From contig CP179889.1 of NCBI GenBank assembly GCA_047456315.1, forward strand, positions 256,776 to 320,775: 64,000 nt of DNA. Direction: 5' to 3'. Of the stretch, positions 51,582 through 61,893 are shown in pieces. The stretch is from Candidatus Nealsonbacteria bacterium. GTDB lineage: Bacteria; Patescibacteriota; Minisyncoccia; Minisyncoccales; JANBVM01. Made by a program: the position numbers and the translations under genes. Numbering within the stretch: the stretch's first letter is position 1; the number at the start of each line of letters is the position of its first letter. The notes under the pieces were generated by a model, which was not told the origin of the DNA, ran no database searches, and saw only the letters and a program-made list of their open reading frames with translations.

Positions 51582-52745
51582 ATGGTTAAAAAAAGAATAT
51601 ATTTGGATTACGGGGCTACCACTCCGGTTGATAAAAGAGTGATTAGAGCAATGCTTCCTTTTTTTGACAAGAAATTTGGAAACACAATGTCGCTCCATAG
51701 TTTTGCCCAGGAGGCAAAATTAGCGCTTGAAAAATCAAGAGAAACAATAGCTGATTTAATCAATGCCAAGCCGAATGAAATAATCTTTACAAGCTCTGCT
51801 ACTGAGAGCAATAATCTGGTTTTAAAAGGCATTGCTTTTGCTAACAGAAGTAAGGGAAATCATATTATAATTTCTCCAATTGAGCATCCCTGTATTATAG
51901 AGGCTTCTAAATGGCTTGAGAAAAATGGTTTTGAGATAAGCAGATTAAGTATTGATAAAAATGGGATGGTTGATGTTAAAGAAATTGAGAAACTTATTAA
52001 AAAAGAAACAATTTTAGTTTCAGTAATGCATGCCAATAATGAAATAGGGACAATTGAGCCCCTAAAAGAAATTGGTCTAATTTGTAAGAAAAAAGGAGTA
52101 TATTTTCACACTGATGCAGTGCAGTCCTTTGGCAAGATTCCAATTGATGTTAATGAAATGAACATTGATTTATTAAGCGCCAGCGCCCATAAATTATATG
52201 GGCCTAAGGGTGTTGGTTGTTTGTTTGTAAAGGAAAAAACTAAAATTGAACCTTTGTTTCACGGGGGAGGCCATGAATCAGGATTAAGGAGCTCAACTGT
52301 CAACGTGGCTGGTATTGTTGGTTTTGCTAAAGCTGCTGAACTTTGTAAAAAGGAAATGAAGAAAGAAGCAGGAAGGCTTGAGAAATTAAGAGATAAATTA
52401 ATAAAAGGATTATTAAAAAGCATAAAACACAGCAAGCTTAACGGTCATCCTGTTAAAAGACTGCCTAATAATGTTAATCTTTCCTTCTTTTATGTAGAAG
52501 GGGAGTCATTATTAATTCAGCTTGATTTAATGGGCGTTGCTGTGTCAACTGGTTCAGCTTGTTCTTCTGATAAATTAGAGCCAAGCCACGTTCTTTCAGC
52601 CATTAAACTGAAACCTTATCAGATTCACGGCTCTTTAAGGTTCACTTTAGGAAGATGGACAAAAGAAACTGATATTAATTATGTTTTAAAGGTTTTACCT
52701 GGTATTGTTAAAAAATTAAGGGAAATTTCACCATACAAAAAATAA
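51582..52745 (+). CDS. iscS: cysteine desulfurase (NifS/IscS type)
   Basis: YLDYGATTP, SSATESNN, SAHKLYGPKG (PLP lysine) and GSACSS (catalytic Cys). Confidence 0.92.
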   Translation: MVKKRIYLDYGATTPVDKRVIRAMLPFFDKKFGNTMSLHSFAQEAKLALEKSRETIADLINAKPNEIIFTSSATESNNLVLKGIAFANRSKGNHIIISPIEHPCIIEASKWLEKNGFEISRLSIDKNGMVDVKEIEKLIKKETILVSVMHANNEIGTIEPLKEIGLICKKKGVYFHTDAVQSFGKIPIDVNEMNIDLLSASAHKLYGPKGVGCLFVKEKTKIEPLFHGGGHESGLRSSTVNVAGIVGFAKAAELCKKEMKKEAGRLEKLRDKLIKGLLKSIKHSKLNGHPVKRLPNNVNLSFFYVEGESLLIQLDLMGVAVSTGSACSSDKLEPSHVLSAIKLKPYQIHGSLRFTLGRWTKETDINYVLKVLPGIVKKLREISPYKK

Positions 52746-52747
52746 TT

Positions 52748-53233
52748 ATGACAAAAATCTATACCAAAAAAGTAATGAAGCATTTTAAGAACCCGCATAA
52801 TTTTGGGAAGCTTAAAAATCCCGATGGAACAGGCAAGGTGGGCAATTTGGTGTGCGGCGACGTAATGCACATATATATTAAGGTTAAAAAAGATAAAAGG
52901 GGAAAAGAAATAATTAAAGACATTAAGTTTGCAACTTTTGGTTGTGTGGCAGCTCTGGCAACAAGCAGCGTTGTAACTGACCTGGCAAAAGGAAAAACTC
53001 TTGAGAAAGCACTGAAAATCAACAAAGATAATATTGTTAAATCATTAGGCGGGCTGCCTATGATTAAAATACATTGCTCTGTTTTAGCAATAGATGCATT
53101 ATCTGAAGCAATTTATGATTATTTGAAAAAGAATAAAAGAAAGATTCCTGCTGAGCTTGAAAAAAGACATAAAACAATTAAAAAAGAGCTAGAGATAATT
53201 GAGAAAAGGTACAAAGAGCTGTCAAAAAAATAA
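52748..53233 (+). CDS. iscU: Fe-S cluster assembly scaffold (IscU/NifU N-terminal type)
   Basis: HFKNPHNFG, LVCGDVM, FGCVAALATSS and IHCSVLA supply the three conserved Cys. Confidence 0.9.
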   Translation: MTKIYTKKVMKHFKNPHNFGKLKNPDGTGKVGNLVCGDVMHIYIKVKKDKRGKEIIKDIKFATFGCVAALATSSVVTDLAKGKTLEKALKINKDNIVKSLGGLPMIKIHCSVLAIDALSEAIYDYLKKNKRKIPAELEKRHKTIKKELEIIEKRYKELSKK

Positions 53234-54306
53234 TGGTGAAAAAAACAAAACAAAAAGATAATTTAAGAGTTGTGGTTGCAATGTCAGGCGGGGTTGATTC
53301 TTCAGTATCAGCTGCTTTGTTAAAAGAGAGTGGTTTTGATGTGATTGGTGTTTTTATGAAATTCTGGGCAGGAGATGATTTAAATAAAGAGTATAATAGA
53401 TGCTGTTCTAAAGAAGCAGAAAAAAGAGCCAGAAGAGTGGCTGATGTTTTGAAAATTCCTTTTTATGTAATTGATTTTAAAAAAGAATTTAAACGCAGGA
53501 TTGTTGACTCTTTTTTAGTTGCTTATAAAAAAGGAATAACTCCTAATCCTTGCGTTGTTTGCAATAAAGAGATTAAGTTTGGTCTGTTGTTAAAAAAAGC
53601 TAAGAGTTTGGGGGCTGATTTTATTGCCACTGGTCATTATGCCCGGATTAAAAAAGAAGATGGTTTATTGGCTTTAATAAAAGCAAAAGACAAAGAAAAA
53701 GACCAATCTTATTTTTTGTGGAAATTGAATCAAAATCAGTTAAAGCACATTTTATTTCCAGTTGGAGGATACATGAAGTCTGAAGTTAGAAAAATGGCTA
53801 AAGATTTTAAGCTGTCTGTTTCTGATGTGCCAGAATCCCAGGAAGTTTGCTTTATTCCCAGAACAACTAATGCTTTTTTAAAGAAATACCTTAAAATAAA
53901 ACTAGGGAGAATTGTTAGTGTTAAAGGAAAGGTGTTAGGCGAGCATCAGGGTTTGTGGTTTTATACAATTGGCCAGAGAAAAGGAATTAAACTTCCTAAA
54001 GGACCTTTTTATGTTGTAGCCAAGGATAAAAAGAAAAATCTTTTAATTGTGAGCAAGAATAAGAAGGATTTGTATCAAAAACAAGCAGTTCTAAAAGAAA
54101 TTAACTGGATATCAAAAAAAGCTCCAAAGTTCTTGAAAATTAAAGCTAAGATCCGCTATCGTCAGAAGCTGGCTAAAACCAGGATAGTGAAAATCAAAAA
54201 TAAATACGTTTTAATATTTAATAAGCCCCAGAAAGCCATTACTTCAGGCCAATCAGCAGTAATATATGATAAAAACAAGGTTCTTGGAGGAGGCATTATT
54301 ATTTAA
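53233..54306 (+). CDS. mnmA: tRNA 2-thiouridine(34) synthase MnmA
   Basis: VAMSGGVDSSV PP-loop, NPCVVCN, ATGHYA and DQSYFL motifs. Confidence 0.93.
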   Translation: MVKKTKQKDNLRVVVAMSGGVDSSVSAALLKESGFDVIGVFMKFWAGDDLNKEYNRCCSKEAEKRARRVADVLKIPFYVIDFKKEFKRRIVDSFLVAYKKGITPNPCVVCNKEIKFGLLLKKAKSLGADFIATGHYARIKKEDGLLALIKAKDKEKDQSYFLWKLNQNQLKHILFPVGGYMKSEVRKMAKDFKLSVSDVPESQEVCFIPRTTNAFLKKYLKIKLGRIVSVKGKVLGEHQGLWFYTIGQRKGIKLPKGPFYVVAKDKKKNLLIVSKNKKDLYQKQAVLKEINWISKKAPKFLKIKAKIRYRQKLAKTRIVKIKNKYVLIFNKPQKAITSGQSAVIYDKNKVLGGGIII

Positions 54307-54309
54307 ACT

Positions 54310-55470
54310 ATGTATATTGTCTGTCATTATCATGAAATAGGATTAAAAGGGAAAAACAGAAAGTTTTTTGAAGAAAAGCTTGTTCTTAATATTAAAAGGG
54401 CTTTACCAGAAGCTAGCTTTGAATTTGTTAAAAGAATTTCAGGAAGGATAATTGTAAAGTTAACTGATGCAGGGTTTAAAAAACAAGCTAAAATCAAAAA
54501 TATTATTAAAGATGTTTTTGGAATAGCTTATTCTGCCTTTGCTTATGATTGCAAGCCAGAGATTAAAACCATTAAAAACAAAGCTCTTGAAATCTTGAAA
54601 TCAAAAAGATTTAAGACATTTAGGATTCAAACTCAAAGGTCTGACAAAGATTTTCCTTTAACTTCTCAAAAAATCAATGAAATAGTCGGAGCTTTTATTG
54701 TTGATAATTTAAATAAAGGAGTTAAGTTGGAAAAACCAGGTTTAACTTGTTTTATTGAGATAACTAAAAATCAGGCATTTTTGTACACAGAAAAAGTCAA
54801 AGGGCCTGGCGGTCTTCCTGTTTCGGTTGGAGGCAGGGCAGTAGTTCTTTTATCAGGAGGTATTGATTCGCCTGTTGCCAGTTATCTGACAATGAAAAGA
54901 GGGGTAAAAGTTGTTTTTGTTCATTTTCATGCCCATCCTTATACTGATAAAGCTTCAATTGATAAAGTGAAAAGAATTGTAGAAGATCTAAACAGGTTTC
55001 AGTTTAATTCAAAACTTTATTTAGTGCCTTTTGCTGATGTTCAGAAAGAAATTGTTTTAAAGGTGTCAGCTAAACTGCGTGTTGTTTTTTACCGCAGGTT
55101 TATGTTAAGAATTGCCCAGGTTATTGGGGAAAAAGAAAAAGCCTTAGCCCTTGTTACAGGGGACAGTATTGGCCAGGTTGCTTCTCAGACATTGAAAAAT
55201 ATATCTGTAATTTCAGAAGCAGCAAGCATGCCAGTTTTAAGACCTTTAATTGGTTTTAATAAAGAGGAAATAATTGATCAGGCAAAGAAAATTAATACTT
55301 TTGATATCTCAATTTTGCCTCATCAGGATTGCTGCGCCAGGTTTTTGCCGGCCCGGGTTGAAACAAAAGCTGATTTAAAGCAAGTGAAATTAGAAGAAAA
55401 AAAGCTTGATGTTGAAGAATTGGTTAAAAAAGCAGTTAAAGGGACTGAACTTTTAACAATTTCAAAATAA
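54310..55470 (+). CDS. thiI: tRNA 4-thiouridine synthase ThiI (no rhodanese domain)
   Basis: HYHEIGLKGKNR, a THUMP-like middle region and the LLSGGIDSPVA PP-loop. Length is 386 aa. Confidence 0.88.
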   Translation: MYIVCHYHEIGLKGKNRKFFEEKLVLNIKRALPEASFEFVKRISGRIIVKLTDAGFKKQAKIKNIIKDVFGIAYSAFAYDCKPEIKTIKNKALEILKSKRFKTFRIQTQRSDKDFPLTSQKINEIVGAFIVDNLNKGVKLEKPGLTCFIEITKNQAFLYTEKVKGPGGLPVSVGGRAVVLLSGGIDSPVASYLTMKRGVKVVFVHFHAHPYTDKASIDKVKRIVEDLNRFQFNSKLYLVPFADVQKEIVLKVSAKLRVVFYRRFMLRIAQVIGEKEKALALVTGDSIGQVASQTLKNISVISEAASMPVLRPLIGFNKEEIIDQAKKINTFDISILPHQDCCARFLPARVETKADLKQVKLEEKKLDVEELVKKAVKGTELLTISK

Positions 55471-55535
55471 GTTATAATTAATAAGATAATATATTTTTAA
55501 AAAGGTTGATTTAATAACTTAACTAATAATTAAAC

Positions 55536-56294
55536 ATGCAATTAAAAGATAAAACAGCAATTGTCACAGGAGCAAGAAGAGGAATGGGAAGAACCCATGC
55601 TTTGGCTTTGGCTAAAGAAGGAACTAAAGTTGTTGTTTCTGATATTTCTTTAGAAGATTGCCAGAAAGTGGTTGATGAAATTAAAAGTGCTGGGGGCCAG
55701 GCAATAGCAATTAAGTGTGATGTGTCAAAAAAGAGTGAAATTGAAGAAATGGTAAAACAAACCTTAAAGGAATTTAACAAGATTGATATTTTAGTTAACA
55801 ATGCAGGAGTTCTCCAGTTCAAGCCGTTCTTAGAATTAACAGAAGAAGATTGGGACAAGACATTAGCTGTTAATTTAAAAGGATATTTTCTTTGTGCTCA
55901 GGCCTGCGCCAAGGAAATGGTAAAACAGAAATCAGGCGCAATTGTAAATATTGCTTCAATAGCAATGGGACAGGTTGGAATTGGATATTCTACTATTGCT
56001 CATTACTGCGCTTCGAAAGGAGGAATTGCTGCCTTAACAGAAGCTTTGGCCCTGGAGCTTGCACCATATAAGATCAGGGTTAACGCAATTGCTCCAGGCG
56101 TCATTGATACTCCAATGGTTGAGGCGACCAAGCAGGACCCTAAGGTTTTGGAAGGAACCTTGGCAAGAATTCCAATGCACAGAATGGGTAATCCAGAAGA
56201 AGTCTCAGACGCAGTTGTATTTTTAGCTTCTGATAAATCCTCATATATGACTGGTTCTGTAGTGGTAATTGATGGAGGATATTTAACCACCTAG
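55536..56294 (+). CDS. short-chain dehydrogenase/reductase (FabG-like)
   Basis: TGARRGMG, NNAG and YCASKGG (YxxxK) motifs. Confidence 0.88.
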   Translation: MQLKDKTAIVTGARRGMGRTHALALAKEGTKVVVSDISLEDCQKVVDEIKSAGGQAIAIKCDVSKKSEIEEMVKQTLKEFNKIDILVNNAGVLQFKPFLELTEEDWDKTLAVNLKGYFLCAQACAKEMVKQKSGAIVNIASIAMGQVGIGYSTIAHYCASKGGIAALTEALALELAPYKIRVNAIAPGVIDTPMVEATKQDPKVLEGTLARIPMHRMGNPEEVSDAVVFLASDKSSYMTGSVVVIDGGYLTT

Positions 56295-56304
56295 AAATAG
56301 TAAA

Positions 56305-56520
56305 ATGTTTGATAAAAACACAACCCTAAGCCAACTATCAAAAGATCCTAAAGCAAAAAAGATTCTGGTAAAATTTAATTTGCCTTGTTTGACTTGTCCA
56401 TTTGCAGGTGCTGAGATGGAAGAATTGAAAATAGGTAAGATTTGTGAAATGTATGGAATTAACATTGATAATCTTTTAAGAGATTTAAACGAGCAGGGAA
56501 ATAAAAAACTTGGTAAATGA
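56305..56520 (+). CDS. DUF1858 domain protein (hybrid-cluster-protein-associated redox disulfide type)
   Basis: 71 aa with KFNLPCLTCPFAGAEMEELKIGKICEMYGI. Confidence 0.6.
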   Translation: MFDKNTTLSQLSKDPKAKKILVKFNLPCLTCPFAGAEMEELKIGKICEMYGINIDNLLRDLNEQGNKKLGK

Positions 56521-56585
56521 AAGGATTATTTTACAAAAAATAAAAGGTGTGATAATTTAAAATATTATTAAGAAAAATAAAGTAA

Positions 56586-57590
56586 ATGAACAAAAATTCT
56601 AAAGATATATTGATTTTTTTAGTGCCAATTGCAATAGTTCTAGGCGCGGCAGCTCTTCTTTACTTTGGACAGGACTCAATTTTTCAAAACAGCTCTGATA
56701 AAGTTGCTGATAAGGCGTTGGCCTATATCAATGAAAATATTTTACCTGAAGGAATTACTGCCTCTTTAATTGATATTACTGAAGAAGACGGAGTGTATAA
56801 GCTTCGTCTTGATGTAAAAGGCACTGAATACCAGTCTTATGTCAGCAAAAGTGGGAAATATTTATTTCCTGATGTTTTTATTTTAGACGCTGAAGTTGAA
56901 GGTCAGCAACAGTCCAATCAAGAGATTTCAAAACAAGACATCCCAGATTTTAAAATATTTGTGTTTAGTTATTGCCCTTTTAGTTTACAATACGAGAAAG
57001 GGTTATTGCCCGTAGTGGATTTATTTTCTAGTAAAGCAAACATTAAACTTATAGCTATTGGTGCTATGCATGGGGAGCATGAGGAGATTGAAAGTAAAAG
57101 ACAGAATTGCATTAGAGAAGAACAATCTGATAAATATTGGGCATATCTTAAATGTTTTGTATATAATGAGGGGATAAAAGAATGTAGTTCGAAATTTTAT
57201 GGAGAATTTAATAGAGATGAAGCAAAAATGGCTCAATGTATTGAGCCTCATCTAAATAAGTGCTTTAATGAGGCAAAAATAGATAAGTCAAAAATCATAA
57301 ATTGTATGAAAAGTGAAGCAGATGATTATTACAAATCTGATATGAATTTAGCAAAAAAATATGGCGTGAGCAGTTCTCCTACTTCCATGGTTAATGAGAT
57401 GATTTTCAATCAAGAATTTTGTAACCAAAATTCTGAATTTTGCACTCGTTCACCTGAGGGAATTAAAAATGCTATTTGTGAAGGATTTAAATCAAAACCC
57501 CCAGAATGTTCTCAAAAACTATCCGACGAAATTCCCTCAGCCGGATTTGGAGGTGGAACGAGTTCTTCTGGAAGTGGAGGATGTCAATAA
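56586..57590 (+). CDS. membrane-anchored Cys-rich thioredoxin-fold (DsbA-like) protein
   Basis: N-terminal TM segment. FVFSYCPFSLQ is a CxxS variant of the CxxC site. There are many additional Cys and a Gly/Ser-rich tail. Confidence 0.4.
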   Translation: MNKNSKDILIFLVPIAIVLGAAALLYFGQDSIFQNSSDKVADKALAYINENILPEGITASLIDITEEDGVYKLRLDVKGTEYQSYVSKSGKYLFPDVFILDAEVEGQQQSNQEISKQDIPDFKIFVFSYCPFSLQYEKGLLPVVDLFSSKANIKLIAIGAMHGEHEEIESKRQNCIREEQSDKYWAYLKCFVYNEGIKECSSKFYGEFNRDEAKMAQCIEPHLNKCFNEAKIDKSKIINCMKSEADDYYKSDMNLAKKYGVSSSPTSMVNEMIFNQEFCNQNSEFCTRSPEGIKNAICEGFKSKPPECSQKLSDEIPSAGFGGGTSSSGSGGCQ

Positions 57591-57598
57591 TTTAAAGC

Positions 57599-58621
57599 AT
57601 GAACTTGAAAATAAATTATCAGGATTTTGTAAACACATATAGGGATGGATATAATACTGCTTTATTTTATCCTAAAGTTTTAAAATTAAAAAAAAGAAGT
57701 CTAAGTATTTTTGAAATAGAAAAGAAAGTAGACTACAAAGTACCAAAATCTACTCTTTATTTTTGGACGAACTATAATAAAATTCCTTTAGCTTTTAATG
57801 ATTTTAAGAATTTAAAGAAAAGGTTTTACAATAAAGACATTGAGTATCTCGCGACAATTATCGGTCACATTCTTGGAGATGGTGGAATTGATAAAACAAA
57901 AGTTCTTCATTATTGCAACACTGAAAAATTCTTGATTGAAGAATTTCGAATAGCAATGAAGAAAGTTTTTAATGTTCAAGTAAAAGTCCGTAAAGAAACT
58001 TCTGGGATTATGAGATTAAGGTACGCACGTAAATTTTCTAGAGCGTTAATATCTCTTTTTGGTAAATTTGCTGGAGAAAAAGATAAGGAGATTACTTCTC
58101 AAATTGATAAAATGCCAATATGGTGGAAAAGAAAGATGATGCAAGCATTTTACAATGACGATGGTTCAGTTCCGAAAACAGAAAAATATGTTTCATTGAC
58201 ACAGAAAAATAAAGATATAATTTTGTGGATACAAAGAACATTAAAAGAAATGGATATAAAGTCTGGACTTAGTGAGGCTGGTTCAAATTGGTTATTAAGG
58301 GTTACTGGTTATCGAAATTTATTAAAATTCAGAGATAAGGTAAATTTTTCACCAAGCTATAGGAAACAAATTCAACTTGAAGAGATAATCAAGAAAATAA
58401 AATTTCCTCATTGGAAAACAAAAAATAGAATTATAGAACTTTTACGCAAGGGGCTTAGAACTAGACAAGAGATAGCTGATATCATTAAAATGGATAAAGG
58501 AGTTGTGTACGGGCATTTACATGGTTGGAGGCGATGTCATAAAACAAGCACACTTGGTCTTATAGATTTAGAGATGGTGAGAGTTAAAAAAAATGGAAGA
58601 ACAAATTTATATTATATTTAA
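57599..58621 (+). mobile_element. free-standing double-motif LAGLIDADG homing endonuclease with C-terminal winged-helix
   Basis: 340 aa. LATIIGHILGDGGI and MQAFYNDDGSV are two LAGLIDADG motifs about 100 aa apart. It has its own ATG and stop codon, 8 nt after the upstream gene. Confidence 0.7.
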
Positions 58622-58635
58622 TTAAATTAATTAAA

Positions 58636-58875
58636 ATGGCAAAAGTAAGAGTTTTTTCTACAAAAGTTTGTCCTTATTGTGTTGTCCTAAAACAGTTTTT
58701 AAATGATAATAAAATTGAGTTTGAGGACTTAGATGTTTCTAAAAACGAAGAAGCAAGAAAAGAAATGATTGAAAAAACAGGCCAAATGGGAGTGCCTGTA
58801 ATAGAAATTAATGATCAGTTTGTAATTGGATTTGATAAAAAAAAGATTTCAGAACTTTTAGGAATTAAAGAATAA
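58636..58875 (+). CDS. glutaredoxin-like protein (NrdH/Grx family)
   Basis: 79 aa with VFSTKVCPYCVVLKQFL and GVPVIEI. Confidence 0.85.
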   Translation: MAKVRVFSTKVCPYCVVLKQFLNDNKIEFEDLDVSKNEEARKEMIEKTGQMGVPVIEINDQFVIGFDKKKISELLGIKE

Positions 58876-58889
58876 TTTTAAAAACATTT

Positions 58890-59912
58890 ATGATTAAAGT
58901 TGCAATAAATGGTTTTGGTCGTATTGGAAGAGCTGCCTTAAAAAACATTTTAGACAAGCATTCTGATTTAGAAGTGGTTGCTATTAATGATTTAACAGAT
59001 GCCAAGACTTTGGCCCATCTTTTAAGATATGACAGTGTTTATGGGATTTACAAGAAAACAGTTAAGGCAGTAAATCATTCTATTTTAATAAACGGCACTT
59101 TAGGCGGTATAGCTATTAAGATTCTAGGTGAGAAAAACCCTGAAAAACTGCCCTGGAAAGAATTAGGAATTGATGTGGTGCTGGAATGCACAGGCGCTTT
59201 CAGGGATTACAAGAGCGCTAAAAAACATTTATCAGCTGGCGCTAAGAAGGTAATTATTTCAGCTCCTTCTAAGGATCCTGAGAAAATCCCTTGTTTTATT
59301 TTAGGAGTTAATGAGGATAAGTTTGATTCTAAAAAGCATGATATTGTTGATATGGCATCATGCACAACTAATTGTTTGGCTCCCATTGTAAAGGTATTAA
59401 ATGAGAATTTTAAGATTATTAAAGGATTCATGACAACCATTCATTCTTATACCACCAGCCAGAAGATTTTAGACTCACCTCATAAGGATTTAAGAAGAGC
59501 AAGAGCAGCAGCCATTAATATTGTGCCAACCACAACAGGAGCAATCAGAGCCATAGAAAACGTAATGCCTGAATTAAAGGGAAAGCTTGATGGTTTGGCT
59601 TTTAGAACTCCAACCCCAGTTGTTTCCTTGCTTGATCTTGTGTGTGAGATTGGTGAAAAAACAACTGTTCAGGATTTAAATTATGTGTTTAAAAAAGCTT
59701 CTCAGACCAAGGAATTAAAAGGAATTTTAGGAGTTGAAGACGCTCCTTTGGTTTCAACTGATTATATTAAAAACTCTTTTTCAGCAATTATTGATTCACC
59801 CTTAACAAAAGCAAAAGACAATCTGGTTAAAATTACTGCCTGGTATGATAATGAATATGGTTATGCAGCCAGATTGGCTGAATTTACTGAGTTTGTTGGA
59901 AAGAATATTTAA
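58890..59912 (+). CDS. gap: glyceraldehyde-3-phosphate dehydrogenase
   Basis: INGFGRIGR, ASCTTNCLAP and WYDNEYGY motifs. Confidence 0.96.
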   Translation: MIKVAINGFGRIGRAALKNILDKHSDLEVVAINDLTDAKTLAHLLRYDSVYGIYKKTVKAVNHSILINGTLGGIAIKILGEKNPEKLPWKELGIDVVLECTGAFRDYKSAKKHLSAGAKKVIISAPSKDPEKIPCFILGVNEDKFDSKKHDIVDMASCTTNCLAPIVKVLNENFKIIKGFMTTIHSYTTSQKILDSPHKDLRRARAAAINIVPTTTGAIRAIENVMPELKGKLDGLAFRTPTPVVSLLDLVCEIGEKTTVQDLNYVFKKASQTKELKGILGVEDAPLVSTDYIKNSFSAIIDSPLTKAKDNLVKITAWYDNEYGYAARLAEFTEFVGKNI

Positions 59913-59973
59913 TTATTGATTGGGAATTAAGGGAAATCGCTCTTTGAGCGATTTTTTGGTAGAATAGACTTAT

Positions 59974-61893
59974 ATGATCAAAAAAGGAAAATTATATTAT
60001 CCAGATAAGGATTTTAAAGACAAGGCCTGGATTAATGACAAGTCAATTTATAAGAAAGCTGATAAAGATCCAGTAAAATTCTGGGAGGAATTGGCCAAAG
60101 AGATTGATTGGTTTAAAGAGCCAAAAAAAACATTTTCCCATTATGCTCCGTATTTTAAGTGGTTTGAAGGCGGAAAACTAAATATTACATATAATGCTCT
60201 GGATAAAAACCTTGAAAGCAGAAAAAACAAGGTTGCTTTGATATGGGAGCCAGAGCCAATTGACCAGGAAGCAAGATTTTTGACTTATTATGACCTGTAC
60301 AAAGAGGTTAATAAGCTTGCCAATGCTTTAAAAAAATTAGGAGTTAAAAAAAGAGACAAGATTGGGATTTATCTTCCAATGATTCCTGAAGTTGTAATTG
60401 CAATGCTGGCTTGCAGTAGAATTGGAGCAGTTCATATAGTAGTGTTTTCTGCTTTCTCTTCAACCGCTCTAAATATTAGATTATTGGACACTGAAGCCAA
60501 GATTTTAATTACTGCTGATGGATATTTTAGAAGGGGGAAGATTATTGATTTAAAAAAGAATGCTGATAAGGCCCTAAAAAGCACAAAAGTTAAAAAAGTA
60601 ATAGTGGTTAAACGCGCTGAGAACAAGGTAAGTTTTAAAAAAAACAGGGACTTGTGGTGGCATGAATTAATAGAAGATGAAAAAGATGAGTGTGTTTCTG
60701 AGAAAATGAATAGTGAAGATACTCAGTTTATACTTTACACCAGTGGTTCAACCGGCAAACCTAAGGGTTGCCTTCATGTTTGCGGTGGCTATACAGTTCA
60801 GGCATATATTACTGGAAAATGGATTTTTGATCTGAAAGATGAAGATATTCTCTGGTCAACAGCTGATGTTGGCTGGATTACAGGACACACTTACACAGTT
60901 TACTCGCCCTTGCTCAATGGAGCCACTTTTTTGATGTTTGAAGGAGCTCCCAACTGGCCAAATGTTGACAGGTGGGCAGATATTATTGATAAGCATGGGG
61001 TAACTATTTTTTACACCGCCCCAACTGCTGTAAGAATGTTTAAAAAGCAGTGCGACAAGCTTTCCAGAACCAAGTTTAAAACTCTAAGATTATTAGGTTC
61101 AGTAGGAGAGCCAATTGATGAGCATTCCTGGAATTGGTTTTTTAGAAATGTGGGAAGAGAAAAATGTCCTGTTGTTGATACCTGGTGGCAAACAGAAACA
61201 GGAGGAATTTTAATTACATCTTTACCTGGAATTGGTCCTTTTAAGCCAACTTTTACAGGCCTTGCTTTTCCAGGATTTAAATTTGATATTTTAGATGATA
61301 AGGGGAAATCAGTAAAAACAAATGAAAAAGGAAATTTAGTTTTACTTTCTCCTTTTGCGCCAGGATTACTTAGAATGATTTATAAAAACCCAGAGAAGTA
61401 TAAAAAAACATATTGGAATGATTATGGAGATAAGATTTATTTTACTTCAGATGCAGCCTATAAAGACAAAAATGGCTTGATCAGAATTGTGGGAAGAGTT
61501 GATGATGTAATTAAAGTAGCAGGACACAGGGTTACAACAGGAGAGCTGGAAAATGTTTTATCCAAGCATAAACATGTTGCAGAATGCGCTATTGTTGGTA
61601 TTCCTGACAAAATAAAAGGAGAGGTTCCGGTTGCCTTTATTGTTCCTAAAGGAAAAGTAATTGAATCTAATCTGGAAAAAGAATTAATTTTAGAAATCAG
61701 GGAAAGGATTGGTCCTATTGCTCTTCCAAAAAGAATTTATTTGGTAAGTGATTTGCCCATGACAAGAAACGGAAAAATCATGAGAAGGATTTTCAAGAGA
61801 TTATTTACAAAAGAACCATTGGGTGATCTTTCAACCTTAGCTAATCCAGAAAGCGTAAAAGAAATTAAAAAAATAATAAAAAAAGAAAAATGA
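59974..61893 (+). CDS. acs: acetyl-CoA synthetase (AMP-forming)
   Basis: YTSGSTGKPKG, WWQTETGG and RNGKIMRR motifs. Length is 639 aa. Confidence 0.95.
   Translation: MIKKGKLYYPDKDFKDKAWINDKSIYKKADKDPVKFWEELAKEIDWFKEPKKTFSHYAPYFKWFEGGKLNITYNALDKNLESRKNKVALIWEPEPIDQEARFLTYYDLYKEVNKLANALKKLGVKKRDKIGIYLPMIPEVVIAMLACSRIGAVHIVVFSAFSSTALNIRLLDTEAKILITADGYFRRGKIIDLKKNADKALKSTKVKKVIVVKRAENKVSFKKNRDLWWHELIEDEKDECVSEKMNSEDTQFILYTSGSTGKPKGCLHVCGGYTVQAYITGKWIFDLKDEDILWSTADVGWITGHTYTVYSPLLNGATFLMFEGAPNWPNVDRWADIIDKHGVTIFYTAPTAVRMFKKQCDKLSRTKFKTLRLLGSVGEPIDEHSWNWFFRNVGREKCPVVDTWWQTETGGILITSLPGIGPFKPTFTGLAFPGFKFDILDDKGKSVKTNEKGNLVLLSPFAPGLLRMIYKNPEKYKKTYWNDYGDKIYFTSDAAYKDKNGLIRIVGRVDDVIKVAGHRVTTGELENVLSKHKHVAECAIVGIPDKIKGEVPVAFIVPKGKVIESNLEKELILEIRERIGPIALPKRIYLVSDLPMTRNGKIMRRIFKRLFTKEPLGDLSTLANPESVKEIKKIIKKEK

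Noticed and set aside
57599-58621. LAGLIDADG ORF as an intein
   Set aside because: It has its own ATG and stop codon. The flanking ORFs are complete, unrelated proteins in other frames. There are no Cys/Ser...His-Asn splice junction contexts.
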